A stretch of DNA of 64,000 nt from Thermoplasmatales archaeon SW_10_69_26 (GCA_003009755.1 PXUB01000001.1:1-64000); one strand, 5' to 3'; positions 1 to 9,672 are shown, numbered from the stretch's first letter. The notes: generated by a model from the sequence alone, not told the origin. Numbers and translations are program-made.

Positions 1-175
1 GCGGATCCTCGCGAGAGTCCGGATCTTCGATCCGGGCGAACCTTCGTCTCGGCTCCGCGCTTTCACCGCCTGAGGGCGGCGAGAGCTTAACCCAAGCATG
101 GCCGGCTGAACTAGCCCGCCCGGCCCCCGGCCGGGTTGCCAACGCTCTTGACCCGGCAGAGCCCTGCCTGTTGCG

Positions 176-802
176 ATGGTTCGCGCTTGGCTCGGTCCCG
201 TGCTCGTCGTCGCCTTGGTCGCGTCCGTCGGGGCGGCTGCGGCGCTGCCGGCGGACAAGCACCTCGTCGTCGAGGCCGACAACGGCCAAGGCTGCAAGGA
301 CGTCGACAAGAACGACTGCTACCGGGTGACCGAGGGAAGCCTCGAGGGCTTCGTGCCGGGCATGGACGTCCACATCATCTTGGAGAACGTCGGCTCGGCC
401 GACCACAACCTCTTCGTGACCGAGCAGGCCAACGCCGACGAGAACAACGCCGACACGGCCGCCGAGGACGCGATCAACGGCTCCGAGACGATCGCGCAAG
501 GCGAGACGACGAACCTCACCTTCACCGTGCCCGACGACGCCGAGGGCCTGTACTTCTGGTGCGATGTCGACACCCACGAGCCGCTGGGCATGTGGATGGA
601 GGCGCAGGTCGCCACGGAGCAACAGGTCGAGCCCAGCGACCCCGCGGACGAGGGCAACGAGACGGGCAGCGGCAACGTCAGCGACGACGGATCGAGCGCC
701 GAGGGCGACGACGTCGGCCGGTTCCTGCCGGCGCCGGGGGCCCTCGTGGCCCTCTTGGCAAGTGGGCTCGCGACCGTCGTGGCTCTCCGCCGGGAGCCTT
801 AG
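176..802 (+). CDS. Secreted cupredoxin (blue copper) domain protein with C-terminal membrane anchor/sorting signal
   Basis: Signal peptide; HNLFV...WCDVDTHEPLGM fits type 1 Cu ligands (H...C-x4-H-x4-M); ends in PAPG + hydrophobic helix + RR. Confidence 0.75.
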   Translation: MVRAWLGPVLVVALVASVGAAAALPADKHLVVEADNGQGCKDVDKNDCYRVTEGSLEGFVPGMDVHIILENVGSADHNLFVTEQANADENNADTAAEDAINGSETIAQGETTNLTFTVPDDAEGLYFWCDVDTHEPLGMWMEAQVATEQQVEPSDPADEGNETGSGNVSDDGSSAEGDDVGRFLPAPGALVALLASGLATVVALRREP

Positions 803-1230
803 GGCTCCTGTTCGCCCAGCGTGCCGAGCAGCTCGGCGACGCGCTCGCGGCGACGTAGCGCAGGCAGCTGTTCGTCCCAGATCTCGTCGATCTCGGCCTC
901 GCCGACGGGGGCGCCCTGGGCCGCCATCGCCTGCATCGTCGACAGCTCGTCCTCCCGGATCCACAGGCCGTGGCAGACGGTGCAGACGTCGAGCTCGACG
1001 TCCTCGTCGACGAGCTCGATCGACTCCGAGCCCATGATCTCGTTGCAGCTCGGGCACTCCTGGCGGGGGGCCCCGACGTCCTCGGTCAGGTCCTCGAGCA
1101 GCAACGGGTAGAGGTCGAGGCCGAGCGCGAGCTGCTGGGTCTCGCTCTCGTCGACGAACACGCCGTCCCCGACGGGGCAGGCGTCGACGCTGACCGAGCT
1201 CTCTGCGGTTTCGCGCTGCTCGGTCACCAT
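799..1230 (-). CDS. zf-TFIIB-like Zn-ribbon protein
   Basis: CPSC...DVCTVCHGLWIREDEL motif; start set at ATG 1230. Confidence 0.65.
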   Translation of the reverse strand: MVTEQRETAESSVSVDACPVGDGVFVDESETQQLALGLDLYPLLLEDLTEDVGAPRQECPSCNEIMGSESIELVDEDVELDVCTVCHGLWIREDELSTMQAMAAQGAPVGEAEIDEIWDEQLPALRRRERVAELLGTLGEQEP

Positions 1231-1359
1231 GCGGTTCACCACAGAGCGGGCACACGCGCGCGGGCATGGTTGCATGTAGGGGCCCCCGGCCCTTGAGGCA
1301 GTCTCAGCGGGACCTGGCGTCACCAAGCGGGGGTCTGGCGGGGACAGGATCGGCTGGGC

Positions 1360-1581
1360 TCAGGTGCCCTGCAGGCCGGTGACGTCGTAGCCGAGCTGTT
1401 CGACGCTGTCGCGGATCCGGTCGGCGTCGGAGGTGCCGGCCTGGACGTCGACCGCGGCCGTGCCTTCCTCGTGGTCGGCGTCGACGCGTTGGACGCCCTC
1501 GAGCTCGCCGACGTTCTCCTCGACCCGCGAGGCGCACCCGTCGCACATCATCCCGTCGATCGTGAGGCGGACCGTAGGCAT
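1360..1581 (-). CDS. Heavy-metal-associated (CopZ-like) metallochaperone
   Basis: MPTVRLTIDGMMCDGCASRV, GMxCxxC motif, about 73 aa. Confidence 0.85.
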   Translation of the reverse strand: MPTVRLTIDGMMCDGCASRVEENVGELEGVQRVDADHEEGTAAVDVQAGTSDADRIRDSVEQLGYDVTGLQGT

Positions 1582-1629
1582 CGTGCGGCTGATGGGCTCC
1601 CTGGCCAAAGGTGTTGCTCGCTTCTCGTC

Positions 1630-1920
1630 TCCCGTGGCGCTTCGATCGCCGTTGGGCACGTCGACGGCGGAACGCTGGCAGCCCTCGTCGGGCTCCTCGT
1701 GCTCGTCCTCGTCTGGTTCGGCGTCCACCGAGGCCAGCGGCGGGTGCTCACCGCGGTCGTCGGGCCCCGTCGTCGACCTGCTCGTGCTCTCGGTCGTGCA
1801 CGGGACCGCCACGTTCCACGACCACGCCCCCCAGCACCTCGGCGTCGTCGCCGTGGGCCTGCCGCTGTCGGCCATCGGCGCCGTCCTCGGCTGGCTGGGG
1901 ACGACAGCGCGGGCTGATCC
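1630..1920 (+). pseudogene. Frameshifted small membrane protein remnant
   Basis: Hydrophobic segments continue across two + frames (…LVGLLVLVLVWFG…VVGP | VVDLLVLSVVHG…AIGAVLGWLG) with a shift near 1765. Confidence 0.4.
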
Positions 1921-1921
1921 C

Positions 1922-4213
1922 TCAGGCGGGGGGACCGTCGGCTCGGACGCGGGCCAGGCGGGCGGCGTTGCCCGTCACGCCGACCGTCATGCCGGCGTCG
2001 CCGGCCAGGACCGCCAGCCAGATCGGCACGTAGCCGAAGGGCACCGCGAGCGCGAGTAGCGCTTTGACGGCGATGCTGGAGGCGATGTTCTGGCGGATGA
2101 CCCCGTTGGCGTCGCGGGAGAGCTCGGCGAGGTAGGCCAGCTTGCCGAGGTCGTCGCCCAGCAGCGCGATGTCGGCGGTCTCGAGCGCGGTGTCCGTGCC
2201 GGCGGCACCCATCGCGACGCCGACCGTGGCCTGAGCCAGGGCGGGCGCGTCGTTGATGCCGTCGCCGACCATGGCGACGCCGTCGTGGCGGCCCTGCAGG
2301 TCCGCCAGGTGGTCCACCTTGTCCTCGGGCAGCAACCCGGCGTGGACCTCGTCGATGCCCAGCTCGTCGGCGACGGCCTGCGCGGTGCGCTCGTTGTCGC
2401 CGGTGAGCATCGCGACGGTCTCGACGCCGAGCGCGTGCAGGCGCTCCACGGTGGCCTCGGCTTCGCGGCGGGGCTCGTCGGCGAGCGCGATCACCCCCTC
2501 GACCTCCTCCTCGGTGCCGACGAGGACGACGGTCTTGCCCTCGGCCTGCAGCTCGGGGATCACGTCCTCGAGCAGGTCCAGGCAGCCGTGCTGCTCGCAG
2601 AGGTCCAGCGTCTTGGCCGGCACGGCGTCGTGGTCGCTGGTCGCGTGGACGTGGTCGAGGTCGAACCCGAGCTCGTCGAACAGGCCCGGCTTGCCGGCGT
2701 AGTGGAGGGTGCCGTCGAGGGCCGCTTTCACGCCTTTGCCGGCGAGGCTCTCGAACCCGGAGACGTCGACCTCGGGGGCGTGCTCGGCGGGGATCCGGTC
2801 GACGATGGCTTCCCCGATCGGGTGCTCGGAGCGCTGTTCGAGCCCGGCCGCGCAGGCGAGCACCTCCTCGCGAGAGCGGCCGCCCAGCGGGATGACGTCG
2901 GTGACGGTGACCGTGCCCCGGGTCAGGGTGCCGGTCTTGTCGAAGGCGACGGCGTCGGTCTCGCCCATCGCCTCGAGCGAGCGGCCGCCCTTGACGAGCA
3001 CGCCGTTGCGGGCCGCGCTGGTGATCCCGGAGACGACGGAGACGGGCGTCGAGATGACGAGCGCGCACGGGCAGGCGAGGACGAGCAGGGTGAGCCCGTA
3101 CAGGATGAACGTGGGCCAGGAGGCGCCGGCGACGAGCGGCGGGACGAGCGCGAGCAGGATCGCCAGGACGACGACGGTCGGCGTGTAGAGGGCCGCGAAG
3201 CGGTCGACGAACTGCTCGCGCTCGGTGCGGTCGGCGTGGGCTTGCTCGACGAGCGCGATGACGCGGGCCAGCGTGTTGTCCTCGGCGCTAGCGGTGGCCT
3301 CGACCTCGAGGTAGCCCTCCTGGTTGATCGTGCCGGCGTACACCTCGTCGCCGGGGATCTTGTCGACGGGGATGCTCTCGCCGGTGATCGGCGCCTGGTC
3401 GACGGCGCTTTCGCCCTCGCGGACCTCGCCGTCGACGGGGATCTTGTCGCCCGGTTCGACGACGACGATCTCGCCGGGCTCGATCGCCTCGACGGGCACC
3501 CTCACGGTCTCGCCCTCGCGGCGGACGCGGGCCTCGTCGGGGGACAGATCCACGAGCTCGCGCAGGGAGCCGCGGGCGCGCTCGACGGCGTGGCGTTCGA
3601 GCAGCTCGGCGACGCTGAACAGGAACGCCAGCAGGGCCGCCTCGAAGTAGAAGGACTCACCGAAGGCCAGACTGCTGGCCAGCGCGCCGGCGATCGCGAC
3701 CGACATGAGCAGGTCCATGTCGAGGCTGCGGGAGCGCAGCGAGCCCACGCCGGCGGGCAGGATGTCGTAGCCGGCCATCGCCACGGCGGCCAGGAAGGCG
3801 GCCTGGGGCCAACCGATCCCGGGCAGGGTCGAAGACAGCGGGGCCCTGAGACCAGCGAGAATGGCCACGCCGCCGAGGGCGACGAGGACGCCGCTGCTCG
3901 CGGTGCGGACGGCGCGCGGGCTGCGCCAGGTGTCGGTTTCCGCGGCGACGGACGCGCCCGCTGTGGTCTCGTCGTGGACGCCCTCGACCGTGTAGCCGGC
4001 GGCCTCGACGGCGGCGATCGCCGGTTCGCGGGCGTGCTCGCCGCTGAGGTCGATCGCCACCGTGCCGCTGGTGGCGTCGGCGTGCACAGCCTGCACGCCG
4101 GGCTCGCCCGCCAGCGCGCGCTGGACCTTCTCCGTGCACGAGCGGCAGTCCATCGCCGGGACGGACAGCCGCAACGTGGGCCCGTCCGCCTCGGCGGCGG
4201 CGTGGGTCGTCAA
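1922..4213 (-). CDS. zntA: Heavy-metal translocating P1B-type ATPase (Zn/Cd/Pb type)
   Basis: N-terminal MDCRSC HMA domain, TGES, CPC, DKTGTLT, SEHP, GDGINDAP motifs; start uncertain. Confidence 0.9.
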   Translation of the reverse strand: MTTHAAAEADGPTLRLSVPAMDCRSCTEKVQRALAGEPGVQAVHADATSGTVAIDLSGEHAREPAIAAVEAAGYTVEGVHDETTAGASVAAETDTWRSPRAVRTASSGVLVALGGVAILAGLRAPLSSTLPGIGWPQAAFLAAVAMAGYDILPAGVGSLRSRSLDMDLLMSVAIAGALASSLAFGESFYFEAALLAFLFSVAELLERHAVERARGSLRELVDLSPDEARVRREGETVRVPVEAIEPGEIVVVEPGDKIPVDGEVREGESAVDQAPITGESIPVDKIPGDEVYAGTINQEGYLEVEATASAEDNTLARVIALVEQAHADRTEREQFVDRFAALYTPTVVVLAILLALVPPLVAGASWPTFILYGLTLLVLACPCALVISTPVSVVSGITSAARNGVLVKGGRSLEAMGETDAVAFDKTGTLTRGTVTVTDVIPLGGRSREEVLACAAGLEQRSEHPIGEAIVDRIPAEHAPEVDVSGFESLAGKGVKAALDGTLHYAGKPGLFDELGFDLDHVHATSDHDAVPAKTLDLCEQHGCLDLLEDVIPELQAEGKTVVLVGTEEEVEGVIALADEPRREAEATVERLHALGVETVAMLTGDNERTAQAVADELGIDEVHAGLLPEDKVDHLADLQGRHDGVAMVGDGINDAPALAQATVGVAMGAAGTDTALETADIALLGDDLGKLAYLAELSRDANGVIRQNIASSIAVKALLALAVPFGYVPIWLAVLAGDAGMTVGVTGNAARLARVRADGPPA

Positions 4214-4271
4214 CGTGGCTGCCGTTGGCCGGCTGGGACGGGTAAGGCTTCCGGTCGCGTCCCGGCCGGGG

Positions 4272-4565
4272 CTACCCGTCCGCGCCCTCGTGCTCGACGA
4301 CGTAGCTCGCAAACGGCTCAAGCGGGACGGCGAAGCCGGCGGCGACAGGCTCGCCGTCGACGCGGACGGTGATTGTGGCGTTCCCCTCGGCCGCGTGGGT
4401 CTCCCCCTCGTCGGTCGTGATCGCGCCCGAACCGACCTCCCAACCGATCGAGGCGAAGAAGTCCTGCAGCGTGAGCCCCTCCTCGTGGATGTGGATCGTG
4501 GCCCCGGTGGCGTCCTCGGCGCCCTCCTCGAGGTGGACGTGGCGGACCGCCAGCTGGGCGTTCAT
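4272..4565 (-). CDS. Hypothetical His-containing protein, possibly N-terminally truncated
   Basis: Acidic ORF with host-like codon use (HVHLE…IHIHEEGLTLQDFFASIGW) between chaperone and ATPase genes. Confidence 0.5.
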   Translation of the reverse strand: MNAQLAVRHVHLEEGAEDATGATIHIHEEGLTLQDFFASIGWEVGSGAITTDEGETHAAEGNATITVRVDGEPVAAGFAVPLEPFASYVVEHEGADG

Positions 4566-4652
4566 CGCCCGGCCCCTCGCCGTCGATCGACCATCGCCCG
4601 GGACACCCCGGGCAGGGTCAACAGGCTTCCCGTCCCCGGTCCTTCGACGGCC

Positions 4653-4862
4653 TCACCGCCAGCCCAGGAAATCGAACCCCAGCTCGTCGATCGCGGCCTC
4701 CAGGTTGGGATCGGCGCCCTCCGCCAGCGAGACCGTGGCCCTGCCCTCGCCCCGATCGGCTCGGGCCTCGAGCACCCCGTCGACCTCGCCGAGGGCCTCC
4801 TCGACGCGCTTCTCGCATCCACCGCAGTTCATCCCGCCGACGGCGATCGTGCGTTCCGACAT
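4653..4862 (-). CDS. Heavy-metal-associated (CopZ-like) metallochaperone
   Basis: MSERTIAVGGMNCGGCEKRV, GMxCxxC motif. Confidence 0.85.
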   Translation of the reverse strand: MSERTIAVGGMNCGGCEKRVEEALGEVDGVLEARADRGEGRATVSLAEGADPNLEAAIDELGFDFLGWR

Positions 4863-4977
4863 GGACGGAAAATTATGTGGCGGGTCCGGCAAGGACCTGT
4901 CGGTTCCCGCCATCGGATCGCCGCGAGACGGCTCGGCCCCTACCTTCATCACAGGCCGCACCCTTGAGGGGGGCGTC

Positions 4978-6018
4978 GTGGCCCCCGAGGATCCGTCGTT
5001 CGCTCACGTCTGCATGGGCGGGACCTTCTCGCCGCTGCACCGAGGCCATCGAGCGCTGTTGGCGCGGGCCTTGACGATCGGCGAGCAGGTGTTCGTGGGA
5101 GTCACCAGCGGCGATCTGGCGCGGCGGGGCCGGGAGCGCAAGGTGCCCGCCGTCGAGGACCGCATCGCGGGCATCGAGGCCTTCCTAAGCGAGCGGTCCG
5201 CGCTGGATCGCGTCGAGGTCGCCCCGATCGAGGATCCGTTCGGGCGGGCGCTGGAGCCTCGCTTCGAGGCGATCGTCGTCAGCCCGGAGACCAGCGACAC
5301 GGCCGAGGCGATCAACGCCGAACGCCGCAAGCGAGATCTCGATCCCCTGGCCGTCGACGAGGTCCCGTTCGTGCTCGGCCTGGACGGCCAGCCGGTCAAC
5401 GGAACCCGCGTCGCCCGGGGCGAGATCGACCCCGAGGGCCTGCAGCCGCGATCGGTGCAGCTGGCGGTGGGATCGGCGAACCCGGTCAAGGTGGAGGCCA
5501 GCGAGCAGGTGTTCGGTCGCTTCGTCCCGACCGTGGACGCGTGGACCGTGGACGTCGAGACGGGCGTCAGCGAGCAGCCGCGCGACGCCGAGGGACCGAA
5601 GGGGGCAGCCACGCGGGCCCGCAACGCGCTGGCAGCCAGCGACGAGGCCGGCTTGGGCGTGGGCATCGAGGCCGCGCTCGTCGACGACGAGGCCAGCGGC
5701 GAGACGTTCGACGTGCAATACGCGGCGATCGCGGACGCCCAGGGCCGCGTGACGACCGGCGCCGGGCCGGGCTTCAGCTACCCGCCGGGCGTGCTGTCGG
5801 CGGTCGAGGAGGGGCGCACGATCGGCGAGGTGTTCGACGCGCTCGAGGACCGGGCCGGCGTCGGCCAGGCCGAGGGCGCGATCGGCGTCTTGACCGGCGG
5901 GGCGGCCACGCGCACCGAGCTGACCGAGTGGGCCGTGCTGAGCGCGCTGGTGCCGCGCCTGCAGCCGGACTGGTACCGGCCGCTGCCGGGCGAGGAGCTG
6001 GACCTCGACCTCGAGTAG
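4978..6018 (+). CDS. coaD: Fusion of archaeal phosphopantetheine adenylyltransferase and inosine/xanthosine triphosphatase (YjjX-like)
   Basis: N-term GGTFSPLHRGH and IVVSPET; C-term VGSANPVKV, GVSEQP, GVGIEA, GAIGVLTGG. Confidence 0.85.
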   Translation: MAPEDPSFAHVCMGGTFSPLHRGHRALLARALTIGEQVFVGVTSGDLARRGRERKVPAVEDRIAGIEAFLSERSALDRVEVAPIEDPFGRALEPRFEAIVVSPETSDTAEAINAERRKRDLDPLAVDEVPFVLGLDGQPVNGTRVARGEIDPEGLQPRSVQLAVGSANPVKVEASEQVFGRFVPTVDAWTVDVETGVSEQPRDAEGPKGAATRARNALAASDEAGLGVGIEAALVDDEASGETFDVQYAAIADAQGRVTTGAGPGFSYPPGVLSAVEEGRTIGEVFDALEDRAGVGQAEGAIGVLTGGAATRTELTEWAVLSALVPRLQPDWYRPLPGEELDLDLE

Positions 6019-6313
6019 GTGCGGCCACGGTCTCTGTGGGGAGGGAACACGCGGGGGAGCACAGACACAGAGGCCAGCAGAGGAAAGAGGGGCGAACAGA
6101 GCCGAGCGGCAAGGTGGCCGTTGCGGTGGAGTTTCCCCTCACCGGCCCTCCACGATGGTCCCTCCACTTTCACTCCGATCGTCAGCCTCCCCTTCCTCTC
6201 CGGGATCCCCTGCGCCTCCGTGTCCCTGGGGCGGGTTCGTCACCGCTCGCCCGCCTGTCACGACCGGTGACACCCGGGTGTGACAACGAGGGCGTCCGGA
6301 CAGTTGCCACAAG

Positions 6314-6469
6314 CTTTAAGTTCGACCTTGCGACCGTATGGCATGCCTCGGTGACGAGGCGGTGTTGCCGACCGAGCCGGCCGCTAACGCGGTCCGGGTA
6401 GTGCCGAGTACCCCAGCCGCGCGGCTGGCTCGGAGGGCGACACCTGGAGAAGAGGCCAGGTGTTGACCC
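6314..6469 (+). promoter_or_regulatory. TATA-like box and long structured 5' leader
   Basis: CTTTAAG at about 6314, followed by nested stems 6345-6463 ahead of ATG 6470. Confidence 0.5.
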
Positions 6470-7036
6470 ATGCCCGCATATGCCAAGCTCGCCACAGCTC
6501 TCGCCATGTCCCTCGCCCTCGTGGGTGCAGGGACCTCGCTCGCCCAGTCGACGACCGCCCTCGCCAGCCACACGGCCTACGTGTCGATGGTGGACGTCGT
6601 GGAGACCCCCGGCGCCCAGGAGTGGGCCGGGACCGTCTCCTGCGACGTCCCCGAGCACGAGCGCATGATCCGGGAGACGTTGGGTCGGCCGACGTGCCTG
6701 ACCGACAAGTTCGCCTACGTCTACCCGAGCGACGGGCCGGCCCCCTGGACGGCCTCGATCGAGGACGTCGACCAGCAGACCTACGTCGACGAGGCGGGCA
6801 CCGTGCGCCAGGTGGCCGAGGTCAGCTACCAGACGATCAGCCAAAGCCCCGAGGGCGGCCCCGAGCTCGTGAAGGCCATGGCCTCCGAGATCCGACCGGA
6901 GGCCGGCGGGGGCGACGAGGGATCCTACGCGCTGCCGATGAACGAGGAGCTGCTCGAGGAAGGCGACGACGCGTTGACCGTGGACGTCGGGCCCGCGCCG
7001 GGCGAGGCCTCCCAGACCGCGCTGGGCGCCGACTGA
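6470..7036 (+). CDS. Secreted hypothetical protein
   Basis: Signal peptide (KLATALAMSLALVGAGTSLA), acidic mature region with two Cys. Confidence 0.7.
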   Translation: MPAYAKLATALAMSLALVGAGTSLAQSTTALASHTAYVSMVDVVETPGAQEWAGTVSCDVPEHERMIRETLGRPTCLTDKFAYVYPSDGPAPWTASIEDVDQQTYVDEAGTVRQVAEVSYQTISQSPEGGPELVKAMASEIRPEAGGGDEGSYALPMNEELLEEGDDALTVDVGPAPGEASQTALGAD

Positions 7037-7285
7037 GGCGCCCGCCGTCGGCCGCGGGCCCTGGCGTTGTCGGCCCCTTGAGATCTCGCCCGCCCGGGCG
7101 ATCGCAGGCACGCCCGGATCGATGATGCGGGGGTGTCCGTCGACCACCCTTCGAGGGTTGGTTTCCGCGGGCTCGGCGACCTGGCCACGCTCCCTCGCAC
7201 GAGCCCTCCGGGCTCGTAGGCTCGGGAGACCGTGCCCGGTCTGCCGGGACCGGCGCGAGAGCCGAACCCAAGCATCGCCGGCAGT

Positions 7286-8497
7286 CTAGCCCGGGCCGAC
7301 GACGCCCAGGTGCATGTTCTCGCAGGACGAGTACACGACGACGGCACGGCCCCGGGTGGTTCCGTCGGCGTGGGCGAAGTCGGTCGGCGGCGCGCACGCC
7401 CGCCCCTGTGAGGTCTCGACCGGCTCGAAGGCTGGCTCCAGCGTCGAGACCCGAGCGGGCCCCTCGAGAGCCTCCCCGAGCGGCGCGCGGGCGACGTGGA
7501 CGTGCAGGCTGTCCCCGTGGTCGTCGTACCAGGCGATCTTGAGGCTGTCCTCGCGGACCTCCAACGTCGGCGGCGCGGTCGCGTTGGCGTCCTCGGGCGT
7601 CCACGAGGCGGGCTCGGCCCATTGCTGGAGGCCGTCCGTCGATCGCGTGTATCGGACCTCGCCCCCGTCGGTGGTCCACGCGAGGTGGACGTTGCCGTGG
7701 CGCTGCTCGCCGACCATCCACCGGTCGACGTCGGGGCCGGGCACGTCGAGGACCTCCCAGCTCTGGCCGGCGTCGGTGGAGACGTCGACGTGGGTCGTGG
7801 AGCGACCCGGCAGGATCACGGTGTCGCCGTCGACGACGGGCGCGCCCGGGCTACCGGCCGAGGGGCGGGGGTGGGCGTTGGCGAACTGCTGCCAGGACTG
7901 ACCGCCGTCCTCGCTGAGCGCGGCCCACACGCCGGTGCGGGGTGCGTACTGGGAGTAGACAAGGTGCACGCGCTCGCCCGGCCCGAGGCCCAGCCACTGT
8001 CGGTCGACCCCGCTCGTCGGCTCCGTGGGGTAGTTCACGGGGTTGACGGCCGTGTTGATCGTCCAAGTCTGCCCGCCGTCGTCGCTGGCGGCGACCTGGA
8101 TGCCCTCGGACCCGCAGGCGAGGTCGCAGAGGAGGGCGGTGAAGTACAACCGGCCCTCGTCGGTGACGCGGACGGTCTCGTCACCGGTCGTTGCATCCGG
8201 GTTGGCGGTCTCGGGCAGCGGGGGTTCGGGCACGGTGTCGGTCTCGCCGGTAGCCAGGTCGGTGACGAGGATCTCGTCGCGCGAGCCCGAAGCCACGTAG
8301 GCGGTGTCCTCGTGGACGGCGACGGTCGGCTCGAAGCAGGTGCCGCAATCTTCGGCGATCGTGAGCGTCTCCGTCGAGAGGCCCTCGACGGCGCCGGTCT
8401 CGTTCCCGGTTCCCGCCTCAGCCCCCGGGTCCGTGGTTCCCAGGCAACCGGCGAACACGACCAGCGCGGCGACCACCAGCCACCGATGCACGCGCAT
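7286..8497 (-). CDS. Lipoprotein, sialidase-like/BNR (Asp-box) beta-propeller
   Basis: Lipobox FAGC; repeated SxDxGxxW boxes (SDDGGQTW, SEDGGQSW, STDAGQSW); DRQW motif. Confidence 0.8.
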   Translation of the reverse strand: MRVHRWLVVAALVVFAGCLGTTDPGAEAGTGNETGAVEGLSTETLTIAEDCGTCFEPTVAVHEDTAYVASGSRDEILVTDLATGETDTVPEPPLPETANPDATTGDETVRVTDEGRLYFTALLCDLACGSEGIQVAASDDGGQTWTINTAVNPVNYPTEPTSGVDRQWLGLGPGERVHLVYSQYAPRTGVWAALSEDGGQSWQQFANAHPRPSAGSPGAPVVDGDTVILPGRSTTHVDVSTDAGQSWEVLDVPGPDVDRWMVGEQRHGNVHLAWTTDGGEVRYTRSTDGLQQWAEPASWTPEDANATAPPTLEVREDSLKIAWYDDHGDSLHVHVARAPLGEALEGPARVSTLEPAFEPVETSQGRACAPPTDFAHADGTTRGRAVVVYSSCENMHLGVVGPG

Positions 8498-8604
8498 GGA
8501 GATGACGACCCCACGGAACTCAAAAAGATTTCGTCGGCCGCCGGCGAGCGGGCGTTGGAACCCGTCCGAGCCGGTAGCCTTTTAAGTACGAAGACCTCGA
8601 ATGG

Positions 8605-8823
8605 TTGACCATGCTCACGGGGCTCCTGATCGGACGCCCGGGCACGACCGAGATCCTGATCATCGCTGGGATCGTCGTGCTCCTCTTCGGCGCCTCGAAG
8701 ATCCCCAAGCTTGCGCGATCGATGGGGGAGGCCAAGGCCGAGTTCCAGAGAGGCCTCGAGGAGGGCGAGGAGCCTCCCGAGGACGACGAGGACGAGGACA
8801 ACGTCGCTCAGGCGGGCGCCTGA
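8605..8823 (+). CDS. tatA: Twin-arginine translocase TatA/E subunit
   Basis: EILIIAGIVVLLFGASKIPKLARSMGEAKAEFQRG; TTTTAAGTA TATA box at about 8580. Confidence 0.92.
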   Translation: MTMLTGLLIGRPGTTEILIIAGIVVLLFGASKIPKLARSMGEAKAEFQRGLEEGEEPPEDDEDEDNVAQAGA

Positions 8824-9305
8824 TGGACGAGGACGCAAAGACCAGCCTGCTTCGGGCCATCCCCTACGGCCTGTTCGCAGCCTGCACGAACAGCCCCGAG
8901 GGCGACGACCACGTCTTCTTGCTCTCCTGGGTCACGCAGGCCTCCTTCGACCCGCCGCTGCTGGCGTGCGGCGTCCACGAGGAATCCACCGCGCACGACC
9001 ACCTGGCCGAGGAGGGCCGAGAGATCGCGATCAACCTGCTGGCCGACGACCAGGAGGAGTTGGCCCGCACGCTGCTCGAAGGTCCCGAGTTCGGCGAGGA
9101 CGAGGTCGCCGGTACCCCCTACAAGGAGGGCGCCAACGGCTGCGGTCTGCTTCCCGAGACGTTGGGCGCGATCGAGGCTCGCGTCGTCAGCGTGACCGAG
9201 GGCGGCGACCACGACGTCCTGCTCGTCGAGATCGAGGACGTGCACCGCTTCCGCGAGGGCGAGGTGTTGACCCACGAGTCCTCCGGCATGACGTACGCCG
9301 GCTAG
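8823..9305 (+). CDS. Flavin reductase-like protein
   Basis: IPYGLF, SWVTQASFDPPL, GDHDV motifs; TGATG overlap with tatA. Confidence 0.85.
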   Translation: MDEDAKTSLLRAIPYGLFAACTNSPEGDDHVFLLSWVTQASFDPPLLACGVHEESTAHDHLAEEGREIAINLLADDQEELARTLLEGPEFGEDEVAGTPYKEGANGCGLLPETLGAIEARVVSVTEGGDHDVLLVEIEDVHRFREGEVLTHESSGMTYAG

Positions 9306-9408
9306 AGGACCCGAGCCCTGCAGACACGGAGCCGACGAACCCACGGCTCCCCGTTCTCACCGACCGAACACCTGAGCGTTGACCATAGGGGAACAGGAGC
9401 CAGGCTCC

Positions 9409-9670
9409 ATGCTCGGTCGAGCCGGCCGGGTCCATCCGGCGTCGTACGCGCTGTTGGCCGCCGTCGGCGCGGTCGGCGGCCTGATCGCCGTCGGGCTCGT
9501 GGGGTCCTCGGCCCGGTCCTGCTGGCGCTGTTCCTCACCCTGTCGAGCCTCTACGTCGAGGAGCGGGAAGCCGTCGAGGCCGAGGCGGACACGTTCGCGG
9601 AAGTCGTGAGGCAAGCGGTGCACAGCGACGACCCACAGCCGGCCGAGAGCGCGGAGCAAGGCGCTGGGAG
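9409..9670 (+). pseudogene. C-terminal remnant of an AI-2E family transporter
   Basis: VHP…VGGLIAVGLVG | VLGPVLLALFLTL split by a frameshift near 9503; N-terminal part missing. Confidence 0.5.
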
Positions 9671-9672
9671 GC

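Noticed and set aside
1-135. 3' end of RNase P RNA or SRP RNA
   Set aside because: Hairpin-rich, but the conserved RNase P P4 and SRP helix 8 motifs are not recognisable
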